Under the pieces are notes generated by a model, which did not search any database, was not told where the DNA came from, and was given only the letters and a program-made list of their open reading frames with translations. Positions 37,923 through 48,743 of a stretch of 53,993 nt of DNA are shown in pieces (position 1 is the stretch's first letter; each line of letters begins with the position of its first letter). Source of the stretch: an uncultured Bacteroidota bacterium. GTDB taxonomy: Bacteria > Bacteroidota > Bacteroidia > Bacteroidales > DTGW01. The stretch covers positions 1 to 53,993 of the forward strand of contig CAVSGB010000263.1 of the NCBI GenBank assembly GCA_963726845.1. The letters run 5' to 3'. The translations under genes were made by a program, and so were the position numbers.

Positions 37923-39788
37923 ATGTTTCAAAAATATGATATTGTTGTTGTTGGAGCTGGGCATGCAGGATGTGAGGCTGCTTCTTCTGCTGCAACTATG
38001 GGTTCGAAGGTTTTGTTAATAACAATGGACATGACAAAAATTGCACAAATGTCATGTAACCCTGCAATTGGTGGAATTGCAAAAGGTCAGATAGTTCGCG
38101 AAATTGATGCTTTGGGTGGATTTTCAGGTATTGTTGCTGATAAAACCATAATTCAATTTCGAATGTTAAATATCTCTAAAGGTCCGGCAATGTGGAGTCC
38201 ACGTGCACAATGTGATAGAACAGATTTTTCAATTGAATGGAGAAAAATTTTAGAAAGTAATCAAAATATTGATTTTTGGCAGGATACAGTTGTTAATTTA
38301 ATAATTGAAAATAATAGAGTTATTGGTGTAAGAACAAATCTTGGAGTAGAATTTGAATCAAAAGCTGTAATAATTACTAGTGGTACATTTCAAAATGGTT
38401 TAATTCATGTTGGCCGTAAAAATTTTGAAGGTGGAAGAATTTCTGAACAATCAAGTAAAGGTATTTCTCAACAACTTTCAGAATTAGGTTTTGAAGTTGG
38501 GCGTATGAAAACTGGTACTCCTGCTCGAATTGATGGTAGGTCAGTTGATTTTTCAATTTTAGAGGAACAAAAAAGTGATGAGAAAGGAAATTTTAGTTTT
38601 CTAAATAATAGTTTTCTAAGAAACCCTAAATTAAGTTGTTATATTACTTATACTAATGAAAAAGTTCATAATATTTTGGCTACTGGGTTTAAAGATTCCC
38701 CACTTTATACTGGAATTATTAAAGGTGTTGGACCTAGGTATTGTCCAAGTATTGAAGATAAAATTGTTACATTTCATTCAAAAAATAGTCATCAGTTATT
38801 CCTTGAACCTGAAGGTAAAACTACTATTGAATTTTATTTGAATGGTTTTTCATCATCACTACCTTTCGATATCCAATACAAAGCTTTAAAAGAAATTAAA
38901 GGTTTAGAAAATGTAAAAATATTTCGCCCTGGGTATGCTATTGAATATGATTATTATCCTCCTACACAATTGAATCATACTTTAGAAACAAAAAAAGTTG
39001 AAGGTCTTTATTTTGCAGGTCAAATAAATGGTACAACTGGATATGAAGAAGCGGCGGCACAAGGACTAATGGCAGGAATTAATGCTCACTTAAAAACTAA
39101 TGGAGAAAGTGAAATGGTTCTTAATCGAGATGAAGCATATATTGGTGTTTTAATTGATGATTTAGTCTCAAAAGGTGTTGATGAACCTTATCGAATGTTT
39201 ACTTCACGTGCTGAATTTCGAATTTTGCTTCGTCAGGATAATGCTGATGAAAGGTTGACAGAAAAAGCTTATAAAATTGGATTAGCATCTGCTGACAGAT
39301 ACAATAAATATATTTCTAAACTTGAAACAAAAAACAAATTATTAAAATTCTTGAGTTCGTTTAGTGTTAAACCCGAAGAGATAAATAATTTTCTTATTAA
39401 AAATCATACTTCTGAGATTTCTCAATCACAGAAAGTTATTGATTTAATTTCACGGCCTCAAATTTATTTAAAAGATATTGTTAAATTTTTAGAATTTAAA
39501 GAGAAATTAATTAATAATATTTTTGATGATGATATTTTAGATTCATTAGATATTCAAATAAAGTATAGCGGATATATTGAGAAAGAAAAAAGTTTAGCAG
39601 ATAAAGCTAAAAAACTTGAAAATATTATTATTCCAAATAATTTTGATTATTCAAAAATAAATTCTTTATCAACTGAAGCAAAAATTAAATTAAAAAAAAT
39701 TATGCCTTCAAATATTGGTCAAGCTGCAAGAATACCCGGAGTTTCTCCATCGGATATTAATGTTTTATTAATATATATGGGTAGATAA
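37923..39788 (+). CDS. mnmG: tRNA uridine modification enzyme MnmG/GidA
   Basis: [45 protein letters not shown]. Confidence 0.98.
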   Translation: MFQKYDIVVVGAGHAGCEAASSAATMGSKVLLITMDMTKIAQMSCNPAIGGIAKGQIVREIDALGGFSGIVADKTIIQFRMLNISKGPAMWSPRAQCDRTDFSIEWRKILESNQNIDFWQDTVVNLIIENNRVIGVRTNLGVEFESKAVIITSGTFQNGLIHVGRKNFEGGRISEQSSKGISQQLSELGFEVGRMKTGTPARIDGRSVDFSILEEQKSDEKGNFSFLNNSFLRNPKLSCYITYTNEKVHNILATGFKDSPLYTGIIKGVGPRYCPSIEDKIVTFHSKNSHQLFLEPEGKTTIEFYLNGFSSSLPFDIQYKALKEIKGLENVKIFRPGYAIEYDYYPPTQLNHTLETKKVEGLYFAGQINGTTGYEEAAAQGLMAGINAHLKTNGESEMVLNRDEAYIGVLIDDLVSKGVDEPYRMFTSRAEFRILLRQDNADERLTEKAYKIGLASADRYNKYISKLETKNKLLKFLSSFSVKPEEINNFLIKNHTSEISQSQKVIDLISRPQIYLKDIVKFLEFKEKLINNIFDDDILDSLDIQIKYSGYIEKEKSLADKAKKLENIIIPNNFDYSKINSLSTEAKIKLKKIMPSNIGQAARIPGVSPSDINVLLIYMGR

Positions 39789-39805
39789 ATATAAATTTTA
39801 AAATT

Positions 39806-39821
39806 TGTTCCACGTGGAACA
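39806..39821. promoter_or_regulatory. parS: parS centromere-like site
   Basis: Perfect palindrome TGTTCCACGTGGAACA, 17 bp after the mnmG stop. Confidence 0.9.
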
Positions 39822-40389
39822 ATTACTTCAAACATTTTTCTGAAGTTCACATAACATCAACAGTTCAAAGATAATTTCTTAAACTTTGGCACAAAATAGC
39901 AATTTACTTCCATATTTCCATATTTAAGATTAGTCCATTAAAATTTTACTTACAAATGCAATTCAAGAGAATATATTTATTAAAACCTTGAAAATTTTCT
40001 AATTAATTCCTTGTTAACTATTACGTTTTTTCCTTATATTAACTGATTATTATGGGATATTAATTGGTAAAAAAATATTTTTTTTGAAAGCATTAAAATA
40101 TTTTTTTAAATATCCATATCTATCAAGTATGTATAAATTAGGTATTTATAGAAAATGTTTCACTTAAAGTCTCACAATGAAGATAGCGCAAATCTCACAA
40201 AAGCACATTTTTATTATTTAATCAAACTTTGCGTTGTCCTTTGAGATAATTAGCGTGAAAGTTTTAATTCTTTATTTTTTATAATTTTAGTTCAACTTAA
40301 ATATATCTTAATAGTTATTAGATTTTAAACTATTTCTAAGAATATTTTAATAGCAAAAACTACAAAATCAAATTTCAAATTATTAATTG

Positions 40390-42231
40390 ATGAAAGAGAA
40401 ATTGAAAAATGAAGTTGAAAACAGATTGAAAGATATTCTGGATAGGCTACCAAATAGCCCTGGCGTTTATCAATTTTTTAATAATGCTAGCGAAATTATT
40501 TATGTTGGTAAAGCAAAAAATTTAAAAAAAAGAGTTTCATCATATTTTTTAAATAGGAGAGACGAAAACAAGAAACTAAATATTCTTGTTCGAAAAATAT
40601 TTGATATTCGCTTTATCATTGTAAGCAGCGAATCTGATGCCCTTTTACTTGAAAATAATCTGATAAAAAAGTTTCAACCAAGATATAATATTTTATTAAA
40701 AGATGATAAGACTTTTCCTTGGATATGTATAAAGAATGAAAGGTTTCCAAGAGTGATTATTACCAGAAATTATTTAAAGGATGGATCTGAATATTTTGGT
40801 TCATATACATCAATTGTTGTAGTTAAAACAATTTTGGATTTAGTCACAAAGCTTTATCCACTACGAACATGTAATTATGATTTAACGGAAGGGAAAATTT
40901 CTGAAAACAAATTTAAACCATGTCTGGAATATCATGTTGGCAATTGCAAAGCTCCTTGTATTGCAAAACAAACAATTGATGAATATATTAAAAATATTAA
41001 TGTTATTAAGGAAATTCTTAAAGGAAATTTAAATGGTATAATTAAATATCTTAAAGATTTAATGAACCTATATGCTACTGAGCTTGACTATGAAAATGCC
41101 AGTTTAATTAAAGAAAAAATTGATATTATTTCTAATTTCCAAAGTAAATCTACAATTGTAAATAATAATATTAATAATGTAGATGTTTTCAGTATCATTA
41201 ATATCAAAGATGATGTATGTGTTAATTTTTTGAGAGTTGCCAGTGGAGCCATAATTCAGGTTCATTCTGTGATTATGAAAAGAACTTTGAATGAACCATT
41301 AAAAGAAATATTGTCAACTACTATTACTGATATAAGACAAAAAATGCTTAGTAATTCTTCAGAGATTATTCTTTCATTGGTTCCAGATATTAAAATTCCT
41401 GAAATTAAATATACAATTCCGAAACAGGGCGATAAACTTAAACTATTGGAACTTTCTGCACGAAATGCCCAAATGTTTTTAAATGAAAAACTTAAATTAA
41501 CAGTTTCTAAAACAGAAAAGTTTAAAAGTAAAAAAGAAAGTAAAATGGAACAAATGAAATTAGACCTTCAACTTTCAGTTATTCCTAATTATATCGAATG
41601 TTTTGATAACTCGAATATTCAGGGAACAAACCCGGTTGCTGCCTGTGTTGTTTTTAGGTTTGGGCTTCCTTCAAAAAATGAATACAGGCATTTCAATATA
41701 AAAACAGTTGAAGGTCCGGATGATTTTGCAAGTATGCGTGAGATAATTTTCAGAAGATATAAAAGGTTGATCGATGAAAAAAAGAACTTACCTGACCTTA
41801 TTGTTATCGATGGAGGAAAAGGTCAATTAAATGCTGCTATAGAAAGTTTAAAGAAATTAAATATTTCTGAAAAAGTTGCAATTATCGGAATAGCTAAAAA
41901 ACTGGAAGAAATATTTTATCCAAATGATCCAGTGCCTTTGTATATTGATAAAAATTCACCTTCACTTAAGATAATTCAAAACCTGAGAAATGAAGCACAT
42001 AGATTTGGTATTACATTTCACAGACAAAAGCGTTCAGCAGATATGATAAGATCTGAATTCGATATTATTCCGGGAATAGGGGAGAAAACAAAAGATGAGC
42101 TTTTCAGGAAGTTTAAATCCATTGATAATATAAAATCAAAACCAATAGATGAAATTGCAGAAATTATTGGAAAATCAAAAGCAATAAAAGTTTTTGAATA
42201 TTTTAATAGTTTTCAACATACAAATCAATGA
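40390..42231 (+). CDS. uvrC: Excinuclease ABC subunit C
   Basis: PGVYQF, YVGKAKNL (GIY-YIG), ECFDNS, IDGGKGQ, EAHRFGI, HhH. Confidence 0.97.
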   Translation: MKEKLKNEVENRLKDILDRLPNSPGVYQFFNNASEIIYVGKAKNLKKRVSSYFLNRRDENKKLNILVRKIFDIRFIIVSSESDALLLENNLIKKFQPRYNILLKDDKTFPWICIKNERFPRVIITRNYLKDGSEYFGSYTSIVVVKTILDLVTKLYPLRTCNYDLTEGKISENKFKPCLEYHVGNCKAPCIAKQTIDEYIKNINVIKEILKGNLNGIIKYLKDLMNLYATELDYENASLIKEKIDIISNFQSKSTIVNNNINNVDVFSIINIKDDVCVNFLRVASGAIIQVHSVIMKRTLNEPLKEILSTTITDIRQKMLSNSSEIILSLVPDIKIPEIKYTIPKQGDKLKLLELSARNAQMFLNEKLKLTVSKTEKFKSKKESKMEQMKLDLQLSVIPNYIECFDNSNIQGTNPVAACVVFRFGLPSKNEYRHFNIKTVEGPDDFASMREIIFRRYKRLIDEKKNLPDLIVIDGGKGQLNAAIESLKKLNISEKVAIIGIAKKLEEIFYPNDPVPLYIDKNSPSLKIIQNLRNEAHRFGITFHRQKRSADMIRSEFDIIPGIGEKTKDELFRKFKSIDNIKSKPIDEIAEIIGKSKAIKVFEYFNSFQHTNQ

Positions 42232-42271
42232 ATTAGATTGTTTTTTCTCTTTATTCTTTATTAGTAACAAA

Positions 42272-43246
42272 TCATTTATTTCTGTCAATTACGTATTCAA
42301 CCAAAAGTTTTAAAGATTTTTTCGCTTCATTATCAGAGAATTCGTCTAATATATTTAAAGCTTTGTTTTTATATTCCATTAAAAAATTTTCAGATTCGGT
42401 TAACCCGTTGTTTTGTAAAACAAACTGAACAATTTCATTAATTTTTGCAGTTGAATTTTCATTTTTGTTTACAAGCCTGACAATATATATTTTTTCTTTT
42501 TCAGAAGCGTTTTTAAGCGCAAGGATTAATGGCAATGTAAATTTCTTTTCTTTTATATCATTACCAATTGGTTTACCAATTATACCTTTGGCCTGATAAT
42601 CGAACATATCATCTTTTATCTGGAAAGCAATCCCGGTATAAGTACCAAACATTTTCATTTTCTTTAAAACCTCAATATTATCTGTAACCGATTGTGCACC
42701 ACATGTTGTGCAGGAAGCAATTAATGACGCTGTCTTCTTTTGGATTATATCGAAATAATTTTCGATATCAATAATAGATTTTTTGGATGATTGAATTTGC
42801 AAAAGTTCTCCTTCACTCATTTCTTTTACAGCTTCAGAAACTGTTTCTAAAAGTTTATATTCGTTGTCTCTTACAGCGACCAACAAACCTCTTGACAAGA
42901 AAAAATCGCCAACCAAAACCGCTATTTTTGATTTCCATATTGCATTAATTGAAAAATGATTACGCCGTTCATAGGATTCATCTACTACATCATCGTGCAA
43001 AAGTGTCGCGGTATGTAACAATTCAATAAGCGTTGCTGCAGTGTATGTTGACTTATTTATGTTACCAACTAATTTTGCAGATAAAAACAAGAACAATGGG
43101 CGTATTTGTTTTCCTTTATGACGCAAAATGTAATTTGTAATAATTTCTAAAAGAGGAACTTTACTTATAATACTATTTCGAAAATGCTTTTCGAATTCTT
43201 CTATTTCAGCTTCAACAGGCTTTTTTATTAATGACAAATCATTCAT
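42272..43246 (-). CDS. ispB: Polyprenyl (octaprenyl) diphosphate synthase
   Basis: GKQIRP, LLHDDVVD..RR, FQIKDDMFD. Confidence 0.85.
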   Translation of the reverse strand: MNDLSLIKKPVEAEIEEFEKHFRNSIISKVPLLEIITNYILRHKGKQIRPLFLFLSAKLVGNINKSTYTAATLIELLHTATLLHDDVVDESYERRNHFSINAIWKSKIAVLVGDFFLSRGLLVAVRDNEYKLLETVSEAVKEMSEGELLQIQSSKKSIIDIENYFDIIQKKTASLIASCTTCGAQSVTDNIEVLKKMKMFGTYTGIAFQIKDDMFDYQAKGIIGKPIGNDIKEKKFTLPLILALKNASEKEKIYIVRLVNKNENSTAKINEIVQFVLQNNGLTESENFLMEYKNKALNILDEFSDNEAKKSLKLLVEYVIDRNK

Positions 43247-43378
43247 TCGTTCATTTTTATTGAAGCAAATATAACCAAATACAAGCTAATGGCAACCAAA
43301 TTGAAATTGATAACCACAGTACAAAAACATTTTCGTGGAACTGATCACTTTTGACTACGTGAAATATTAAATTGTTAT

Positions 43379-43498
43379 TACTGTGTTAGCTTAAGCCAAT
43401 TATTTTGCAAGTACGTTTCGACTCCACTCAACGTACACTTTATACTAAGATGAACACTGAACAGGGCCGAAGGGTTTTTCGTTAAGTCAACGACATTG
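43379..43498. repeat. Degenerate MITE/REP-like element
   Basis: Weak TIR CTGTGTTAGCTTAAG / GTTAAGTCAACGACATTG around an imperfect inverted pair TTCGACTCCACTCA / TGAACAGGGCCGAA. Confidence 0.35.
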
Positions 43499-43658
43499 AA
43501 TCGATATTCTTAAATACATTGGCTCTTGAATATATTGAAAAATCAGCAAATTTGCATTTAATAAGGATATTTTAATGAAAGCATAACTCACATGAACTTA
43601 TTTTTATCTTTGTTAAAGGTTTATTTTTTTATTTTTCAATATTATTAAATTTTTTGCC

Positions 43659-46442
43659 ATGAGTGAAAAACGTCTTTTCCTGATTGATTCTTATGCAATG
43701 ATATATCGCTCATATTATGCATTTATTAATACACCGATGTATAGTTCGAAAGGCGTCAATACTTCGACAGTTTTTGGGTTTCTATTGGCATTGGATGAAA
43801 TTTTAAAAAAACAAAAACCAACACATATCGCTGCTGCTTTTGATTCTTCAAAACCCACTTTCAGGCACGAAATGTATCCGCAATATAAGGCTAATCGTCA
43901 GGCTTCTCCTGAAGAAATCCACAATTCAATTCCTATAATCCAGAAAATATTAAACCTGATGAACATTGAAATATTTGAATGTCCGGGTTATGAAGCCGAT
44001 GATATTATTGGTACAATTGCAAAAAAAGCGGCTCAAAATGGGTTTAAAGTTTTTATGGTGACACCTGATAAAGATTTTTGTCAACTGGTAGATGATAACA
44101 TTTCAATTTATAAACCCAGAAAATCAGGAAATGATGCAGAAATACTTGGAATAAATGAAGTAAAACAAAAATTTGGTATTAATGATACAAACCAGGTAAT
44201 TGACATTCTTGCTTTATGGGGCGATACTTCGGACAATATACCCGGTGTTCCTGGAGTGGGGGAGAAAACGGCCGAAAAATTGATTGCAGAATTTTCGACT
44301 GTTGAAAATATTCTTAACAACTTAGATAAACTCAGTGTCAAACAGCAATCTGCATTTAAAGAAAACATAGCAGACCTTAATATTTCAAAAAAGCTTGTTA
44401 CTATTGAAACCTCTGTTCCTCTTGAATTTATTGAAGAAAAACTAGTTTTGAAAAAGATAAAAGAAAATGAATTAAAGGAATATTTTAATGAATTGAATTT
44501 TAAATCTCTAATATCAAAATTCTTTAATTCATCTAATGATTCAGCAGCGTGTAAAAAGGGAATATATGCAGGGAAATCTTTTTGATATTCCTGAAGTAGA
44601 ACAGGAAATGAAGTCAGAGGTACAAAGTTATGAAACAACAAAAACCGTTCAACATAGTTACAGAATAATTGAAAATGAGACAGAAATTTCAGGTTTTATA
44701 GAATTACTTAAAACAAAAAAGGAGTTTTGTTTTGATACTGAAACAACCGGTTTAGACCCTCACAACGATTCTCTTGTAGGTATCTCAATTTCATTTTTAC
44801 CGCATGAAGCATATTATATTCCGATAGATTTGGATAGGTCAAAATCAATCAAATTATTGACAGGGTTTAAACCTGTATTTGAAAATGCTGAGATTCCAAA
44901 GATTGGGCAAAACCTAAAATTTGATATTTTATTCCTGAAGAATTACACTGTTGATGTAAAAGGGAAATTATTCGATACTATGCTTGCCCATTATATTCTT
45001 CAACCCGAACAGAGCCATAAAATGGATAACCTGGCAATAAAATATTTAAACTATAAACCAATCGCTATTGAAGAACTGATTGGTAAAAAAGTCCTGCACA
45101 ACTTAATATGCAAGCTGTTCCGTTGGATATAATTGGCGAATATTCATGTGAAGATGCTGATATTACTATTCAGCTAAAAAATGTTTTAGAACCTGAATTA
45201 AAAAAGCTTGGCTTCGATGATTTGTTTAACAATCTTGAAATGAAACTATTAAGTGTATTGGTTGATATTGAATTATGCGGATTTAAAATTGATGTTGATT
45301 ATTTAAAAAACTATAGTATTGCCTTAAAAAATGATATAAAAAGCATTGAAATAGAAATATATAAGTTAGCTGGAGAAGAATTTAATATTGCTTCACCTAA
45401 ACAGCTTGGTATTATTTTATTTGAAAAGCTTAAAATTTCTGATGATGCAAAACTGACAAAGACACAGCAATATTCTACTAATGAGGAAACATTGCAATCG
45501 TTAATTAATAAACATTCAATTGTAAATCAGATTCTTGAATATAGAGGATTGACAAAATTACTTTCAACTTATGTTGAAGCACTGCCCAGATTAGTTAACA
45601 GGCAAACAGGCAAAGTTCATACTTCATTTAATCAATCGCTAGCTGTTACAGGCCGATTAAGTTCTAATAATCCCAATCTTCAGAATATTCCGATCAGAGA
45701 AGCACGTGGGCGCGAAATTCGTAACGCTTTCATTCCATCATCTGCTGAGAATATTTTGTTATCCGCTGATTATTCTCAAATTGAATTAAGGTTGATGGCA
45801 CATTTCAGCAAAGATGAAAATATGATTGATGCTTTTAAAAACAATCAGGATATTCACACTTCAACAGCATCCAAAGTATTCAAAGTTAAAATAGAAGAAG
45901 TTACAAAGGAGCAAAGAAGCAAAGCAAAAACGGCAAATTTCGGTATAATATATGGAATTTCAGCATTTGGTTTATCGCAACGCATGGGCATTCCAAGAAA
46001 AGAGGCAAATGAATTAATTGAAGAATATTTTAAAACATTTCCCGGTGTTAAAAAATATATGACAGATGTTATTCAATTTGCAAAGCAAAACGGATATGTT
46101 GAAACCTTAATGAAAAGGAGACGTTATTTGCCGGATATTAATTCCAAAAATGCCACAGTGAGGGGAATGGCTGAAAGAAATGCAATTAATTCACCAGTTC
46201 AGGGAACTGCAGCTGATATAATAAAATTAGCTATGATAAATGTTCATGAAGAATTTGAAAGTAATAATTTGAAATCTAAAATGATTTTACAAGTGCACGA
46301 CGAATTGATATTCGATGTTTATAGACCTGAGTTGGATAATGTGAAGAAAATTGTCAAAAATAAAATGGAGAATGTTTTGAAACTTTCGATACCCTTAATA
46401 GTAGAATTGGGCGTTGGCAATACCTGGCTTGAGGCACATTAA
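43659..46442 (+). CDS. polA: DNA polymerase I (split into 3 ORFs by frameshifts at ~44550 and ~45090)
   Basis: 5'-3' exonuclease (GYEADD, GDTSDNIPGV), 3'-5' exonuclease (FDTETTG), polymerase (ADYSQIELR, LQVHDEL). Confidence 0.95.
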
Positions 46443-46594
46443 TTGAATATTTAAAAAAGTGGATATAATTAGTTTTTTTTATGGTTCTAATGTTTAATTT
46501 TAAAATTGATATACTTTGTAATTTTATTTTTTCATTGAATATTATATCAGTTATATACATAGCCAATTTTGGATTTAAAAAATAATTTATTGAA

Positions 46595-46981
46595 ATGAGC
46601 AAACTGATTTATTTTGTCGATGATGACAAAATGATTTTAAACCTGCTTGAATATACTTTTAAAAGCAGGGATGATTACGAAGTAAAAACATTTCGCACAG
46701 GTGAAGATTGTTTGGCAGCAATGCATGAGAAACCTAATTTAATTGTCTTAGACCATAATTTCGTCATCGAAAATACAAAATTTACAAGTGGTTCTGAAAT
46801 ATTAGAAAAAATTCGCGAGGTCGATAATAAAGTAAAAATTATTATTTTGTCTGGTGAGGATAATAAGCTGGTTATCGATAATTATATGAGATGCGGTGTT
46901 GATAAATTTATAGTAAAAAATTCTTTTTTTATCGATTCTCTTATCGATTCTATAATAAATATTTTCAATCAATTAAATTAA
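46595..46981 (+). CDS. Single-domain response regulator
   Basis: FVDDD, PNLIVLD, ILSG, FIVK. Confidence 0.85.
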   Translation: MSKLIYFVDDDKMILNLLEYTFKSRDDYEVKTFRTGEDCLAAMHEKPNLIVLDHNFVIENTKFTSGSEILEKIREVDNKVKIIILSGEDNKLVIDNYMRCGVDKFIVKNSFFIDSLIDSIINIFNQLN

Positions 46982-47055
46982 TAGTACGTAATACATTAAT
47001 ATTCAATATTATAAATACTTCATAATCTTCTTATATTCTATTTTTTCAAATTTTA

Positions 47056-47081
47056 GTAACTTTTCACTACACGAAACCGTC
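47056..47081 (+). promoter_or_regulatory. ECF sigma promoter motif upstream of the sigma gene
   Basis: GTAAC-N17-CGTC. Same motif and spacing at 48673-48698. Confidence 0.7.
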
Positions 47082-47101
47082 TTTGGTTTAATTAAGGAAA
47101 C

Positions 47102-47587
47102 ATGACAGTTGAGGAGTACAATTTTTGTGTTGATGAATTTTCAGACAATGTCTATCGCTTTATCTTAAAAAATATTCACGATATCGATAAAGCAAAAGAC
47201 ATTGTACAGGATAGTTATGAAAAATTGTGGATAAAGGTAGAGACGGTTGCTTACGAAAAGGCCAAATCATATCTTTTCACTACTGCTTATCATACAATGA
47301 TTGATTTGTTACGCCGCGAAAAAAAATTTGGTGACTTTAATAATGTGAAACATGAAAATTATTCTCATACTGATCAATATTCTGATTTAAATGAGATTTT
47401 GCATGAAGCAATCAAATTGTTGCCTGAAGCTCAACGATCTGTTATCATGCTTAGGGATTATGAAGGTTATACTTATGAAGAAATAGCTGAAGTGACAGGG
47501 TTGAATGAGTCTCAGGTTAAAGTATATATATACCGGGGAAGGATGTTTCTAAAAGAGTATATCGGTAAACTTGAAACAGTAATTTAA
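47102..47587 (+). CDS. ECF RNA polymerase sigma factor
   Basis: AKDIVQD (region 2); LPEAQRSVIMLRDYEGYTYEEIA..VKVYIYRGR (region 4). Confidence 0.93.
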   Translation: MTVEEYNFCVDEFSDNVYRFILKNIHDIDKAKDIVQDSYEKLWIKVETVAYEKAKSYLFTTAYHTMIDLLRREKKFGDFNNVKHENYSHTDQYSDLNEILHEAIKLLPEAQRSVIMLRDYEGYTYEEIAEVTGLNESQVKVYIYRGRMFLKEYIGKLETVI

Positions 47588-47590
47588 AAA

Positions 47591-48667
47591 ATGAAGATTA
47601 GCCGAAATAATTACGAAGTTTATTTTCTGGATTATCATGAAGGAAGAATTTCTTCAGAAGTAAAAGCTGAATTAATGAAATTTCTTTCTGAAAATGAGGA
47701 TATTGAAAAAGAATTTTATGATTTTCAAGATATTTCAATTAAGCCTGAAAATATCGTATTTACTGATAAAAATATTTTAAAAAAGGGACTTTCGGATATT
47801 TCAGTAATCAATGATGAAAACTTTGATGAATTTTGCGTTGCTAAACTTGAAGGTGATCTTTTAGAAAATGAAAATTTGAATTTTGAAAAATTTCTTAATA
47901 ATAACATTAGCAGGGCACTTGACTATAAAATTTACTTAAAAACATTACTTGAGCCTGATAAAAGAATTGTTTATCAAAATAAGGGCGAATTAAAAAGAAG
48001 AATACTTGAAAAAAAATCCAATTCAATTTATATATGGATTTCAGTTGCTGCATCAATTGCCTTATTGGTTTTAGTTTATTTTGGGTTCAACAAAATAAAT
48101 GAAGTAAAAAAACTAACTAAAAATGAAATTCGAATAGTAAAATCAAAAGATCAGCATAATGAATTTAAAAAGACCGCTCAAAGTATAGAAAAATTTCCTA
48201 ATAAAAAAACTGATCTATTTATTTTAAAAAATTCAAATGTTGAACTAAAGCAGACTAACACAATAAAAGATAATGTTGAAGTTGCTGAAGACCGATCTAT
48301 TGTTTTTAGTCCAATTCCAAGTATTAATTTGTCAAGTCTTCCTGTGAAAAATATTAAGAATGAAATTTGTTTTTCAAAGGAAGTGTTTAATAATAATCAA
48401 GAAATTCAAATTAATAATCCAGCTAATTTAAAGAATCAAATTATATCAAAGATCAATAATGTTGTTAATAGTAAGTATTTTAAAGACTATTTCAACAATG
48501 ACAGGTTGGATATTAAGACATTAGCAACTTCTGGTATGAAAAGTCTTGAAAAATTTACCGGTATGAAAATAAAGTACGATAAAGAAACTGATACTACCGG
48601 CAGCAGGACAATTTATGCTTTCAATTCCAAATTACTTAGTTTCTACAGCTCGCACGAAAATAAATAA
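47591..48667 (+). CDS. Membrane-anchored anti-sigma factor (putative)
   Basis: Directly after the sigma gene. Duplicated N-terminal NYE.YFLDY.EG-like motif and one TM segment (WISVAASIALLVLVYF). Confidence 0.7.
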   Translation: MKISRNNYEVYFLDYHEGRISSEVKAELMKFLSENEDIEKEFYDFQDISIKPENIVFTDKNILKKGLSDISVINDENFDEFCVAKLEGDLLENENLNFEKFLNNNISRALDYKIYLKTLLEPDKRIVYQNKGELKRRILEKKSNSIYIWISVAASIALLVLVYFGFNKINEVKKLTKNEIRIVKSKDQHNEFKKTAQSIEKFPNKKTDLFILKNSNVELKQTNTIKDNVEVAEDRSIVFSPIPSINLSSLPVKNIKNEICFSKEVFNNNQEIQINNPANLKNQIISKINNVVNSKYFKDYFNNDRLDIKTLATSGMKSLEKFTGMKIKYDKETDTTGSRTIYAFNSKLLSFYSSHENK

Positions 48668-48672
48668 GGTTT

Positions 48673-48698
48673 GTAACATTTTTTGTAACATGTCCGTC
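48673..48698 (+). promoter_or_regulatory. ECF sigma promoter motif upstream of the OMP gene
   Basis: GTAAC-N17-CGTC. Confidence 0.7.
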
Positions 48699-48743
48699 AT
48701 ACAATCAAAACGCATGATTGTTGAATAGTAAAAATATTGAATT

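Noticed and set aside
40156-40260. parS half-site TGTTTCAC and loose CACAA/CTTTG repeats
   Set aside because: Half-site only; repeats too degenerate. The same applies to CGTGGAAC near 43335.
44108-44641. 177-aa antisense ORF and similar shadow ORFs inside long genes
   Set aside because: Antisense shadows of well-supported genes, with no motifs.
43659-46442. Naturally split polA or programmed frameshifting
   Set aside because: Breaks match the window-wide indel pattern; the second break is repaired by adding one G (AAA-G(G)T-CCT).
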